From Eledone cirrhosa (Eukaryota): 64,000 nucleotides of DNA. Numbering within the stretch: position 1 is the first letter of the stretch; each line of letters starts with the position of its first letter. Under the pieces are notes generated by a model that was not told the DNA's origin, did not search any database, and worked only from the letters and a program-made list of their open reading frames with translations. The position numbers and the translations under genes were made by a program. Positions 17,057 to 31,100 of the stretch are shown here, piece after piece. Location: the NCBI GenBank assembly GCA_964016885.1, contig OZ024745.1, positions 18,104,001-18,168,000 of the forward strand, in the 5' to 3' direction.

Positions 17057-17689
17057 TATATATATATATTCGAAAATATAGAGCAGCATTAAATATAGTT
17101 TTATATACATTATGTTAACACCATAACATGCTAACTATCCAAACAGACACATACACACACCCACGCACACACACACACACATACACACACACATAACACC
17201 TTCTATGTTCGTAAATAAAAACCAGAGCTAAATAAACCTTAACATACGTTAATACTCTAACACATTAACATGCTAACCATGACACCCCCACCATCACACA
17301 CGCAACTCCTCCCCCATTTCTACAAACGGAATCATTTTCCTACACACACACACACATACAAATATATATATTCTCTCCATCTTAACATGCTAACCATACA
17401 CCCACACACACATATGCACACATATATAACACCCATACACACACACGCACAACACCCTCCCCCATTTCTACTAATAGAATCATCTTCCTACACACACACA
17501 CACACCAGAACACAAATAAAAATACATATCTCTACTTTCTTTATTTCAATAGAAAGTCTGAATTTTTACACCCCAGCACATCAGCCATACTCACTGAACA
17601 ATTCTCCTCATCCTGTTTGTCTTGACCATTATCTTTTGATTGGCACAAAATGTTCTAGATGGCTACAAAAGAAATTCCCAAATACGGGC

Positions 17690-18260
17690 GCGAAATTTAA
17701 TGTAGTCATAATTTCATTTATAACCAATCAAATTACATTTATAAAAAAAAGCCTTCGTGAGCCACATGTTTTAAGTAAAAAGAAATTCAAACACAAACCG
17801 GCATGAAAGTTGATGTACTTATTCACGTGACTGCATCAACCAACCTTATTTCACTCATACATGAAAAACCAATCTGAGCCACCTCCCTTTTTTTAAAGGC
17901 AAATATAATAAGAACATTGTAACGCGAACTGGCGCGAAATTTATTATACTTCTTTACATGATAGTCATCAACCAACCAAATTACTTTTCTAGAAACCTAG
18001 CACTTCGAGCCACTTTTTTCCATATAAAACAGAAGTAACATTCGAACACCAACCAGATGCGAGATAAACCACGAACCCTCCATCTCAATTCTACTTTTGA
18101 AAAGCACAAGAACTGCGAAACCGGTAAAGGAACCAAATAAATATATATTTTTTTAAAAAGACTCCAGTTGCATTTTCGATTTCATCTCTTCCTTATACTT
18201 TCACTCGTGTAGTACATCTCGTTTTTTTTTCATTTTGTAAGAAAAACCTCACTTTCTAAT
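17690..18260 (+). mobile_element. Non-coding repeat family carrying the U3-A8 hammerhead (other copies at 52545-53032 and 48915-49272)
   Basis: Colinear similarity with 52545-53032. Ends ...aacctcactttctaat(TA)n in all copies. HHR-like motif at ~18094-18130. Confidence 0.75.
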
Positions 18261-18327
18261 AATATATATATATATCATCATCATCATCATAATTTTACGT
18301 CCGCGTTTCCCTGCTTGCAAGGGTGGA

Positions 18328-18486
<159 letters not shown>

Positions 18487-18692
18487 CGCACTACTTTCTC
18501 TACAGGGAGAGGACAGTGAAAGGAGCCCAATCAAATGCTTGCTCACTCTTTTAACTCGGCAGTAAACCGCGGGTGTCTCCTTGTCCAAATAAGCGGTCGA
18601 AAAAAAACAAAGCGTTGAACTTTTGATTCATGGAAAATTAGAACACACCAGCAGTTCAAATCTGGAATGGAGATCAGCTCTCATCAGCAATG

Positions 18693-18809
<117 letters not shown>

Positions 18810-18829
18810 CGATATATGTGCCACAGGTG

Positions 18830-19165
18830 AAAAACTGACTTCCTGACACATCCCAAATGGAATAAGTAGGAGAAGGGTACACAGTGTTCTGGTCTGAAAA
18901 ATGTGAAGAAGACCACCGTCAATCTGGTGTTTGCTTTATCATTAAATATGGCATTGCAAATTCCTAGCAATATTCCTCACTGGTGTCATTAATCATAACA
19001 TTACTCTTCCTCTGGATCTAACAGATCTCTCTCGTATACTAATGCGTTGACCCCCCCCCCCCCCCCAATCTCTTCATCTGAGCAGAATAGCGAAACATTC
19101 TAGGATCAGATACACATAATAGCCTCCAGTATTCCATAAAAAACGAAGCTCATCATAATGAGAGT
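18830..19165 (+). pseudogene. Degenerate RTE (BovB-like) LINE apurinic endonuclease fragment
   Basis: Translation with stops: T*LPDTSQME*VGEGYTVFWS...HRQSGVCFII...TF*DQI...IP*KTKLIIM. This resembles the APE motifs ETRL..G...EVG.GYTFFWSG...GVGFAI and KFY..L...P..DKLII.GDFN. Confidence 0.7.
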
Positions 19166-19622
19166 AATTAGACTGAAGTGCTATTTAAGTTATAACCATA
19201 ATAAAAGGAACTGAGAAGACTATTGAACCCTCATACTGCGAAATACGACGGGTGAATCCGTCATATATATTCATAAATATATACATATATGTGAGTGTGC
19301 ATGTGTGCATGCGTGTGCGTGTGTGTGTACATGTATATATTGTGCGTGTATGTGCAATAACAACAGATTCAATAAGACCGGGCTGAATTTACTTTACAGT
19401 AAAAATAAATCGCTACTCAACTAATGGATGCTTAAAATATGGGTTTTCCCAATTCAAATTTCCAAAGAACTACCAACAGCATCAACAATATCAGTATTTA
19501 ATCATCATAGATACAGGATTCTAAATATTTTGAATTGTGATCAGTCGATTAAATTCCTACTCCCAGTTCCTGGCTGTAGTATCCTGTTAAAGATAGCATA
19601 ATTTGACCTAATATTATTTGAA

Positions 19623-19804
19623 GGTGAATTGGCAGTATCTGTAGAGGGTCGGATGCCATGCTTTCTAGCATAGTTGCGTCCCTTTACAGTCTGAGTTCAA
19701 ATCCCGCCGAGGTTAACTTTGCCTTTCATCCTTACGGGGTCGATAAAATAAAATACCACTAATGCACTGGGTAATTTGCTGGCCTTATGCAAAAAGTAGA
19801 AACA
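19623..19804 (+). mobile_element. tRNA-derived SINE, full length, 10-bp TSD
   Basis: Same family as 844-1030. TSD attatttgaa at 19613-19622 and 19805-19814. Confidence 0.85.
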
Positions 19805-22037
19805 ATTATTTGAACTTAAAACTAATAAGCTGAAACAATTTCCGCTATGTATTTTGTCAGTTGCTCTAATAGTATTAAAATTAATATTTTCTTTATTCAT
19901 CAAAAGGCTCTGTATGTACAATAGAAAACAATTCATATTTGAAAGGGTTTATAAAAGAAGTCGAAGGTTACATACATTTATACAAGATTGACAGAAACGA
20001 TTGGTTTTGCGTTAGGTGTTACTGATCGTATCACGACTCACTGAAGCTAAACTTTGGAATATCATCAAGTGATGTTGGAAGGCTGACGAGGGCGACGCGG
20101 AAGACAATGATGAGAATGATTATGATTAAAATCCTAGTGGTGTTAATTAATATGGTGGCAGGAGGTGGTTAAAAATGACGTTGATGATAAAAGATATGAT
20201 AATTACGATTTTAAATATGTTGGAGTTAATGACAGTCGCGAGGATGATAATTTTAATTATTTACGGAAGGAATAGATTATAGCAATGTCAGGGATGATAG
20301 TAATAGTAATGATAAGGGTGCTAATCATCGTGAATGATGATGATCATTATAAATATTATAGTGGTGTTTGTAGTGATGATGATCGTTGTAGCGATGGTAC
20401 TGTTTGTCATATATAGTTTGAGGCAACACGTTTCGAGGAAAACATTGATATCATTGATCTTGATAACATTGATGAAAATATGGATATTGATTATTTATAT
20501 GATGCTATTGATGATGCTGATAAATCAGATACGAATACAACATAAAATTTGACACAAGTGAAGTGGGATTGTATTGCAGGTTTATTAAACACACATTGGT
20601 TGTACGAAATATATTGCTTGCATGATGGTTAAATATTAAATATTTACAGCCAGGATATTAAATGTTTAAAATAAATTTGAAAGACAGAAAATAACAAAAA
20701 CAAAAAGTTTAATAAGAGGGATAATATGTTAGATCAAACAGAAAAGAACGTGTTATGAAAGCAGGTCGTAATATAAATGTATTTTCCTTTTCCTTGTTTC
20801 ATTAATCTATCAGAAAAAAATTAAACAGAATATAAGGGTAGGCGGTAATATGGAACATTATTATTCAAGGCATCGAATGCCGGTTAGAGATTAAGAAAAT
20901 GATACAACTTTCGGTATATTGTTATTTCATATTAACAGTTCAAAACCTGGATAGGTTTCTTACAACCGCTCCGACTGATATCATGTGAATTGTTGCTTTC
21001 AAGGCTGAAAAACAATAGCATATGTATGACCTGAGTACGTCTCAAAAAATATTTAACAGTTGACTGCAAGAAGTAAAAGAGATGAAAAGTATTAGAGTTG
21101 ATATTTAATAAGATACTATAGAAGTTGAAGAAATCTGACTGACATTTTGAGTGGAGAACTGTGAATTTCCAAGAATCTGACGCACAAAGTCCACATGATA
21201 ACAACATTTAAGGCTTTAATTACCTTACGATCAGACGATAGATATCTAGAAATGGCATTTCCAGGGGAGTAAAATAGATGCTGAAAAATAGTCTGTTAGG
21301 AAATTACTAAACAATAAAGCCATATCGTAATACTGTAAGCAACGAAAGATGAGTGTTAGCTTACACTTGATTGTCTGTGAGAAGGATGTTAACAACAACG
21401 AGTAAGGTTGTATCAATAAAAATATTGACAATAGAGGTAATTACAAAGTATTTTAATATATAGACACTAGGGAGACACCCATGCGGCCTAATTCTAGAAA
21501 TGTAACCCTGTATGTTAAATGAGACTAGATGGACACAAATGCACCTGACAGGGCATTTATAGGCTTTAGATAGATAAAATCCCCATTAAATATCGTATAC
21601 TGATTTAATATGATATAATTACTCTCTTGTATGGTAGAGGGTGCATCTGTTCATTACGAAATAATATTTCCTAAGCAGTCTCAAATATATATATATATAT
21701 GTGTTGATGACGTGAATCCACTGTTCGATCATGGAATACCAGAGGCTTACATATTACATAAGTTGGATGGATGATATCGTGTTCATAGAAACCTATAGGA
21801 CGTATTGCAAAATATCGTTCGATATGTCAAAGTCAGTTGTCTAACCTGATTGGGTTTTTAGTTGTTTTTAGTATTGCCTGGCTAGGTCTACCTGCCGCAA
21901 TTTTCAATTTGTCAAGCTGTCTAAACGTATTTTATCACTCTAAGGTCTACAACCTTATTGACTGCTTTGCTGCTCATTGCTAATTGTAGGACTTTATCTT
22001 GGCCACAGCCAAAGCTTCGATTTTACTAAGCTTCACT

Positions 22038-22074
<37 letters not shown>

Positions 22075-22504
22075 AGTGGTTAACCGATGAAGGATGTGCG
22101 GACCACTTAGTGGTCTGTTGGCTCTGAAGGAAAAAGGCAAGCACTCAACGACCTATAAAAAAGTGTAAGCCGGATTTTACTCTGGCACCAGCCCATCGAG
22201 TGTGTGAATATCCGGTAAACGAAGATTCGGGCTCCTGTACCTGACACGTGGATCATGATCTAACAGGAGACAGGGAAGCGATACGACTATCATGCTTCCA
22301 GTTAAAATATAGTTTATACATTAGACCTAAAACTACTATAATAATTCTCTCTTTATAATCTCTTCCCCACGTACACATCCCCTTTTATGCAACATTTCAC
22401 TCTATATTTTTAAATGTAAATTTAGTTAAATAATTAATTTTCTAATTTATTAATTCTTGGTTGAAAAATAGTCAATATATATATATAGTCAATATATATA
22501 TAGT

Positions 22505-22539
<35 letters not shown>

Positions 22540-23448
22540 GTAGGAGGTGAGTTTTATTGTAGTACAATAAAGCAATGCAGATATTGGATAAGAAGCACTC
22601 TACAGTTTGTAGGACTGGAGTATACATAATATATAAGATCAAAAGATCTTATGATCTTATATATTATATATATATATATATATAATTAAAAGTTTAAAAA
22701 GGTTCAATGAATTCATCAATGAATAAAGTTTCACAATAGTTATAAGCACTCTACAATAGGTTTTCTGGAGTTACATTTGCTTGAACTCTGATATAATACG
22801 TTACATTTGCTTGAACTCAGATATAATACAATAATATAAATCCTTTAAAATTTTATAGTCTAAAATCTTATTGCATTTGATTAATTCACTATTTTCAATT
22901 AACTTAAGATTTGAAAATAAACGGTCACGCATTATTCTTTCCCCCCTATCTAATTATACGCTATTTACATCTAACAATGCATATCTTCCTCCCTTTGATT
23001 ATACTTATTTTCCTCTCACTATCATTTGATCATTTCTCCCCTCTCTTGTTCCTACGATCAAATCTCCTTCTTTTTTTCTTTTTTTCTTTTTTTCTTTTTT
23101 TCTTTTTTTCTTTTTTTCTTTTTTTCTTTTTTTCTTTTTTTTCTTTTTTTCTTTTTTTCTCTTTTTCTCTCTTTCCTCATGATTTGTAATCTAGATCTAT
23201 CATTTCCACTATCAACAATAATGAGGTATGAATATATTATTATTATTTAAATTTTTAACAGTTATGTGTTATATATTATTAATTATTTATATATCATTTT
23301 ATACATTCTCATACGCACCCTCTGTATTATATGTAATTTTTCATGTTTCAACTTAAGGTATATAAATATCGAGTTTTGTCATAACTAATCACTGCCATGA
23401 CTAAATTATAAACATCAACAGAGTGAAGGTATGTCAGGCATCAACTTA

Positions 23449-23510
23449 TTTTATCTGATGAGGACGTACTGTTGAAATAGCTCAGTACCTCTGAAATATG
23501 TATAATAAAA
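23449..23510 (+). ncRNA. Hammerhead ribozyme, type I, in a separate insertion
   Basis: ttttat CTGATGA ggac gtact gtt GAAAT a...t ATA ataaaa; helix I ttttat/ataaaa. Confidence 0.6.
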
Positions 23511-23554
23511 AATATTTGATCACATGAATGTCTATATTTATTAATATTTAGAAG

Positions 23555-23681
<127 letters not shown>

Positions 23682-23931
23682 AATATATATATAATCTTCG
23701 GCGATCTGATGATCGCCAACAGCGTGAAACAGACAGTTTGTTAACTTCTCTCCCTTCTTTCGCCGAAGAAAAGAAGTAAGTGACATAGCCACTACTTTAA
23801 AACTGATAGCGTCTTCAAAATGTTTCTAATTAAGCATACGGTAACTTACCAAATATACTATACATACATTCATATATATATATATATATATATAATATAA
23901 GATCAAAAGATGGTTAAAGGAGTTCCATATA

Positions 23932-23998
23932 TTTTATTATGCGCATTTCAAAAACAAACATCATCAAACAATAATATTTGTGTTTTCATCAGATAAAA
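23932..23998 (-). ncRNA. Hammerhead ribozyme in the 3' pLTR of PLE 1
   Basis: Minus strand: ttttat CTGATGA aaac...gttttt GAAAT gcgc ATA ataaaa. Palindromic helix III loop; same strand as the ORF. Confidence 0.8.
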
Positions 23999-24720
23999 CA
24001 GGAGAACATGATATGAAGGCTAAAAAACACTTGTTGATAGTGCAGTTTTAAATCAACATATGAAAAGTGGTTTTAGATTGATGTGTGATATTGGGAAAAA
24101 TATTTTATTTAGAGAGGGGGGGGGAGAAAAGGATGAAAAGGGAAGGAGATGAGAGGGAGAGATGGGTGATAGAGAGAAAGAGATAGTTTTTATAACTGAG
24201 AGGAGATATATTTTATATAGAGGGGTTGAAAACCGTTGGAAGATACTGTATAAATTAAAAATTTTGAAAATTAACGAAGGGAGGATGTGTGCGAGGAAAA
24301 AATATTTTATTTAGGGAGGGGGGGGGTTGGAAAGGATGAAAAAAAGGGGAGGAGATGAGAGTGGAGGTGGAAAGGGAGAGATGGGTGATAGAGAGAAAGA
24401 GATAGTTTTTATAACTGAGAAAAAGATATAATGTTTTAATATAGAGAGGTTGGGAACCGTTGGAAGATAATGTATAAATTAAAGGAATTTGAAAATTAAC
24501 GAAGGGAAATTATGTATGAAGATAGAGAGAAAAAAATAATAATTGTGGGTGAATATTCTAACGTCAAAAGAAGAAATGTATGTATTGTGGGAATTTCAAA
24601 ATTAGCAAAGAGAAAAAAAGTTTATGTGTAGAAGGATTTGAGAAAAATAATGTGAAGTTAAAGTTTGTATATTGAATTCATATGTATTAATAATGAGTTC
24701 GTTGATGGGGAGAAAAAAAT

Positions 24721-25158
24721 AATAATAAATTAAGGATGAAATTGAGATTAAAAAGATTTATGATAGAGAGAAAAAATAATAATGATTGCGGATGAATACT
24801 CAAAATGTCAAAAACAAATGTTATTGTTTTACGAGAAGATAGAATGAGGGTAATGAGTAAACGAGTATTATAGAGTGTATAATGCCCTTTAAAGTAAGGT
24901 AGATGGGTATATTTTAAAGAATATATGAGTATATATTTAAAAAAAAAATATATATATAATAATAAATTAAGGATGAAATTGAGATTAAAAAGATTTATGA
25001 TAGAGAGAAAAAATAATAATGATTGCGGATGAATATTCAAAATGTCAAAAACAAATGTTATTGTTTTACGAGAAGATAGAATGAGGGTAATGAGTAAACG
25101 AGTATTATAGAGTGTATAATGCCCTTTAAAGTAAGGTAGATGGGTATATTTTAAAGAG
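24721..25158. repeat. ~238-bp direct duplication within the PLE 1 3' UTR
   Basis: aataataaattaaggatgaaattgagatt...gggtatattttaaa at ~24721 and ~24958. A further imperfect duplication lies at ~24097/24298. Confidence 0.85.
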
Positions 25159-25212
25159 GTGTATGTATATGTGCCTTTGAGAAAAGATTCTAAATTGATA
25201 AAGAATTGAATA

Positions 25213-26961
25213 TTAACTGTATACTTTGTGAAAAGTTCTATGGAATTTATGCAGGCAGATAGAAAACAAATCTGTGCGTCTATTTATTATGGATTCTAGG
25301 TTAGAGATAATGGTAAATTTTTCATTTAGGCAGAGATTACAGATTTTAGATAGAGAGCTGTTCAAGTATGAGGATGCAGAAGAAATCTTTTTCCAAAAGA
25401 TGTTATATTTAATGTTTTTGTCTTTTAAGGACCATATAAGTTCTGAGAGAGCAGTGTTAGTTCTTTTAAGTTTGTATTTGAAAGATGAATGATGATTATA
25501 GAGACGAGCTTTAAAAGAGGTGGAAGTGGAGCCAAAATAGGTGAAGGAATTGGTGCTAGTTATAATTTTACATTCATAAATTAAGTTTTTATCGAGGCAA
25601 TGGTTGTTGAGAGGACATTTATTTTTAATGCGGCAGTTGCAATTAGAGAGATTATTAATGAGTGATCTAGTGTTATCTATAGAAGGAATTGGATTGGAGA
25701 AGTTGTTTGCGATAGGAATAATAGGAATAATAGTTTCTTGATTTAGAGTTGGATTATGAACATTTAGCGAAGTTGTGTTTGACGTTGCATTTGGGTTTAC
25801 AGAAGTTAGCCTAGGGTTTATAATGACGTCAGGAGTACTATTACTGTTATTATGAAATTCAATATTGGAAGGAAGAGATTTAGTATTTAATATTTTTTTG
25901 TTGTGTTTAGAGATGATGTTGGAGATATTGGAGGATGTAGAATACGAAAATTTGATGGTGTGTTTGTTAAATATTTTACTATAGATATGTGAGGGAGGGA
26001 AGCATTTATTTAAGGCACTAAAAAATAATTTAGGAATATTGTTATTAATAGAGATGGAGAAAGGAGCATTATACCAGATTATGTTTTTGTATCTAGGTCT
26101 TTTATTAAAATTATTGGAATGGTTATGATTAAATATTCTACTGTAAGTTTTCCTAGAATTTGTTTCTTTATTATATTTGATTTTATCTGGATAGCCGGCT
26201 TTAGAAAGTGCGTTATTATAGTAATTGGCGTTAGCATCAAAGATGTTTTTATTAGAAGATATGTTAGATATTCTATTTCCAATATTATTAACTATAGCAT
26301 TCTTGATATTGGTAGGATGGTTAGATTTAAAGTTAACATAATTAAGATTCTCATTGTTTTTATGGTAAGGGTAATATAGGCCAGTGTCAAGATTAAGAGA
26401 TACATCCAAGAAATTAGCTAGTTTGATACTATTATCAAATTCAATTTTTAGGTTATGTTGGTTAAAGAGATTACGTATATTGTTCTTAATAATATTAAGT
26501 TTAACTATATTGCAATTTAGGATAGTAAAGAGTCCATCGTCACGATAAATTCCACCGCGAAGTTGAGGAATTTTCCGACTCAAAGAGTTCAAAATGAAGA
26601 TACCAATTAAATCAGTCAATTGGGATGAATCGGATGCTCCCATTGTGATGTCGAAGTTGTTAGAGGTATCGGCTCTGGTCCAATATTCGTTGTTGAACTC
26701 TAGGATGGTTTTACGTGCGGGGAGGATGATGTGAAGTTCATCTGTGGTGATGTCAGAATATTTAAGTGCGAAAGATAGAGCATTATTGAGAAGTGAAGGC
26801 GAAATGGAGGAATAGTAGCTGGCAATATCGAATTGAATAAATTTTAGTTTGTTTTTATTATCCAATTTGTTGAACCAGCCAATCACTTCAGAAGTACCAA
26901 ACCATAAATTTAGGTTTAAAGAAGAGCAATTAGAACTAACCTGTGGGATAATCCTATCCAA
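25213..26961 (-). CDS. PLE reverse transcriptase plus GIY-YIG endonuclease, N-terminally truncated
   Basis: FIQFDIASYYSSI, FDITMGASDS, GIYRDDGL (catalytic), FLDVSLNL, SNHP, WYNAPFS, CNCRIKNKCPLNNHC, LIY...TYFGST, CNLCLNEK...CLH. No internal stops. Confidence 0.9.
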   Translation of the reverse strand: MDRIIPQVSSNCSSLNLNLWFGTSEVIGWFNKLDNKNKLKFIQFDIASYYSSISPSLLNNALSFALKYSDITTDELHIILPARKTILEFNNEYWTRADTSNNFDITMGASDSSQLTDLIGIFILNSLSRKIPQLRGGIYRDDGLFTILNCNIVKLNIIKNNIRNLFNQHNLKIEFDNSIKLANFLDVSLNLDTGLYYPYHKNNENLNYVNFKSNHPTNIKNAIVNNIGNRISNISSNKNIFDANANYYNNALSKAGYPDKIKYNKETNSRKTYSRIFNHNHSNNFNKRPRYKNIIWYNAPFSISINNNIPKLFFSALNKCFPPSHIYSKIFNKHTIKFSYSTSSNISNIISKHNKKILNTKSLPSNIEFHNNSNSTPDVIINPRLTSVNPNATSNTTSLNVHNPTLNQETIIPIIPIANNFSNPIPSIDNTRSLINNLSNCNCRIKNKCPLNNHCLDKNLIYECKIITSTNSFTYFGSTSTSFKARLYNHHSSFKYKLKRTNTALSELIWSLKDKNIKYNIFWKKISSASSYLNSSLSKICNLCLNEKFTIISNLESIINRRTDLFSICLHKFHRTFHKVYS

Positions 26962-26996
26962 GATTGCTTTATTGTACTACAATAAAACTCACCTCC

Positions 26997-27061
<65 letters not shown>

Positions 27062-27067
<6 letters not shown>

Positions 27068-27779
27068 ATACTTGGGGAGGGTCATATTTGTGTAATATTA
27101 CCAGAATTAATAACAGAACACACTCACTGTTTGGTTGGTTTTCGCTTCTCGCTTCTGTGTCTTTTATATCGGTAATCTAACTTACTCGGTCCTCAATGTT
27201 GCCATTGACTGACCGACGGTCAAAAATAATACAGATACAATATAGACACAAACACATATATATAGTTTATCATAAATTTTTCGTTGCACATCTGCAACAT
27301 CGTCAGTGGTGTTATCGTTTCCTCCTGTTGTATTATATGTCTACGCCATTTTTATTCAGTCTGTCTATATATTTATTTATTTATTTGCTTGTTTGTTTAT
27401 TTTATTTTGTCTTCTTTGCGCATGCGTTTGCGTGTGTGTATAGTGTTTTGTTTGCTGTGTGATGGGTGACGAGTGTGTGTTGATGTGCTTGTTGTTATTG
27501 TGTTTGGATATGTATTTATTTATTTATTTATTTTTTTTATTTAATTTTATTTACTTATTTATACTTCTCTTAGGTCAGTGTTGTTTGTTTGGGTGTTGTT
27601 GTTATTCCATTTATTCTTTCTGTTTAGTCTTGGCCTTCTAATTTCTATTTCACTGTCCTCTCTGATTTGCCTATCTGCTGGGTCATTTCTATGTTTAGAT
27701 ATTATTCTAATTTCTATGTTGTCTATGTTACCGTCATGTTGTTGTCTAGCATGTTCGTATAGTACTGACCCGTTTTTTC

Positions 27780-27849
<70 letters not shown>

Positions 27850-27948
27850 TTGCGAGGTTTTTTTATATGAAATCGTGTGTCGAAACAAATATTGTTATAC
27901 TTGGGGAGGGTCATATTTGTGTAATATTGCCAGAATTAATAACAGAAT

Positions 27949-27951
<3 letters not shown>
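27062..27951. mobile_element. Non-coding island with ~57-bp direct terminal repeats inside (TA)n
   Basis: attgttatacttggggagggtcatatttgtgtaatatt(a/g)ccagaattaataacagaa at 27062 and 27891. Confidence 0.6.
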
Positions 27952-27991
<40 letters not shown>

Positions 27992-28111
27992 TATAGACAT
28001 AGAATATTCGAAAATATTCTGTATGTTTATAATAAACATTTTGAAGACCTAATCGCTATAGAATAGAATACGTCACGTATTACAATTAGATTCTCGATAA
28101 AAGCAAGGGAA

Positions 28112-28154
28112 GTAATCTACGCGTTTCATTCTCGTTAGAAATCATCAGGACTAC
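28112..28154 (-). ncRNA. Minimal type I hammerhead of array A (first of 12 complete copies, repeating every 310 bp)
   Basis: gtagtc CTGATGA t ttct aacg agaa t GAAAC gc GTA gattac. Helix I 6 bp (one G-U); helix III is the palindrome cgcg. Confidence 0.9.
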
Positions 28155-31100
28155 ATATCCAGTGCTTTTATCGAGAATGACACAGCTAGAGACTTATAGA
28201 ATACTTAGCTGTGTACAGGAACTGGTTTGAAAGAGCGGTTGCCGGTCCGGCAGAAATTAGAAATTGGAATAAATGCTCTGAAATAGCGATATATATGTGA
28301 ATATAGACATAGAATATTCGAAAATATTCTGTATGTTTATAATAAACATTTTGAAGACCTAATCGCTATAGAATAGAATACGTCACGTATTACAATTAGA
28401 TTCTCGATAAAAGCAAGGGAAGTAATCTACGCGTTTCATTCTCGTTAGAAATCATCAGGACTACATATCCAGTGCTTTTATCGAGAATGACACAGCTAGA
28501 GACTTATAGAATACTTAGCTGTGTACAGGAACTGGTTTGAAAGAGCGGTTGCCGGTCCGGCAGAAATTAGAAATTGGAATAAATGCTCTGAAATAGCGAT
28601 ATATATGTGAATATAGACATAGAATATTCGAAAATATTCTGTATGTTTATAATAAACATTTTGAAGACCTAATCGCTATAGAATAGAATACGTCACGTAT
28701 TACAATTAGATTCTCGATAAAAGCAAGGGAAGTAATCTGCGCGTTTCATTCTCGTTAGAAATCATCAGGACTACATATCCAGTGCTTTTATCGAGAATGA
28801 CACAGCTAGAGACTTATAGAATACTTAGCTGTGTACAGGAACTGGTTTGAAAGAGCGGTTGCCGGTCCGGCAGAAATTAGAAATTGGAATAAATGCTCTG
28901 AAATAGCGATATATATGTGAATATAGACATAGAATATTCGAAAATATTCTGTATGTTTATAATAAACATTTTGAAGACCTAATCGCTATAGAATAGAATA
29001 CGTCACGTATTACAATTAGATTCTCGATAAAAGCAAGGGAAGTAATCTACGCGTTTCATTCTCGTTAGAAATCATCAGGACTACATATCCAGTGCTTTTA
29101 TCGAGAATGACACAGCTAGAGACTTATAGAATACTTAGCTGTGTACAGGAACTGGTTTGAAAGAGCGGTTGCCGGTCCGGCAGAAATTAGAAATTGGAAT
29201 AAATGCTCTGAAATAGCGATATATATGTGAATATAGACATAGAATATTCGAAAATATTCTGTATGTTTATAATAAACATTTTGAAGACCTAATCGCTATA
29301 GAATAGAATACGTCACGTATTACAATTAGATTCTCGATAAAAGCAAGGGAAGTAATCTACGCGTTTCATTCTCGTTAGAAATCATCAGGACTACATATCC
29401 AGTGCTTTTATCGAGAATGACACAGCTAGAGACTTATAGAATACTTAGCTGTGTACAGGAACTGGTTTGAAAGAGCGGTTGCCGGTCCGGCAGAAATTAG
29501 AAATTGGAATAAATGCTCTGAAATAGCGATATATATGTGAATATAGACATAGAATATTCGAAAATATTCTGTATGTTTATAATAAACATTTTGAAGACCT
29601 AATCGCTATAGAATAGAATACGTCACGTATTACAATTAGATTCTCGATAAAAGCAAGGGAAGTAATCTACGCGTTTCATTCTCGTTAGAAATCATCAGGA
29701 CTACATATCCAGTGCTTTTATCGAGAATGACACAGCTAGAGACTTATAGAATACTTAGCTGTGTACAGGAACTGGTTTGAAAGAGCGGTTGCCGGTCCGG
29801 CAGAAATTAGAAATTGGAATAAATGCTCTGAAATAGCGATATATATGTGAATATAGACATAGAATATTCGAAAATATTCTGTATGTTTATAATAAACATT
29901 TTGAAGACCTAATCGCTATAGAATAGAATACGTCACGTATTACAATTAGATTCTCGATAAAAGCAAGGGAAGTAATCTACGCGTTTCATTCTCGTTAGAA
30001 ATCATCAGGACTACATATCCAGTGCTTTTATCGAGAATGACACAGCTAGAGACTTATAGAATACTTAGCTGTGTACAGGAACTGGTTTGAAAGAGCGGTT
30101 GCCGGTCCGGCAGAAATTAGAAATTGGAATAAATGCTCTGAAATAGCGATATATATGTGAATATAGACATAGAATATTCGAAAATATTCTGTATGTTTAT
30201 AATAAACATTTTGAAGACCTAATCGCTATAGAATAGAATACGTCACGTATTACAATTAGATTCTCGATAAAAGCAAGGGAAGTAATCTACGCGTTTCATT
30301 CTCGTTAGAAATCATCAGGACTACATATCCAGTGCTTTTATCGAGAATGACACAGCTAGAGACTTATAGAATACTTAGCTGTGTACAGGAACTGGTTTGA
30401 AAGAGCGGTTGCCGGTCCGGCAGAAATTAGAAATTGGAATAAATGCTCTGAAATAGCGATATATATGTGAATATAGACATAGAATATTCGAAAATATTCT
30501 GTATGTTTATAATAAACATTTTGAAGACCTAATCGCTATAGAATAGAATACGTCACGTATTACAATTAGATTCTCGATAAAAGCAAGGGAAGTAATCTAC
30601 GCGTTTCATTCTCGTTAGAAATCATCAGGACTACATATCCAGTGCTTTTATCGAGAATGACACAGCTAGAGACTTATAGAATACTTAGCTGTGTACAGGA
30701 ACTGGTTTGAAAGAGCGGTTGCCGGTCCGGCAGAAATTAGAAATTGGAATAAATGCTCTGAAATAGCGATATATATGTGAATATAGACATAGAATATTCG
30801 AAAATATTCTGTATGTTTATAATAAACATTTTGAAGACCTAATCGCTATAGAATAGAATACGTCACGTATTACAATTAGATTCTCGATAAAAGCAAGGGA
30901 AGTAATCTACGCGTTTCATTCTCGTTAGAAATCATCAGGACTACATATCCAGTGCTTTTATCGAGAATGACACAGCTAGAGACTTATAGAATACTTAGCT
31001 GTGTACAGGAACTGGTTTGAAAGAGCGGTTGCCGGTCCGGCAGAAATTAGAAATTGGAATAAATGCTCTGAAATAGCGATATATATGTGAATATAGACAT

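Noticed and set aside
23700-23745. CTGATGA-cgc..gcg-GAAAC motif
   Set aside because: No helix I; the 5' side appears replaced by a small local inversion (ggcgatc/gatcgcc).
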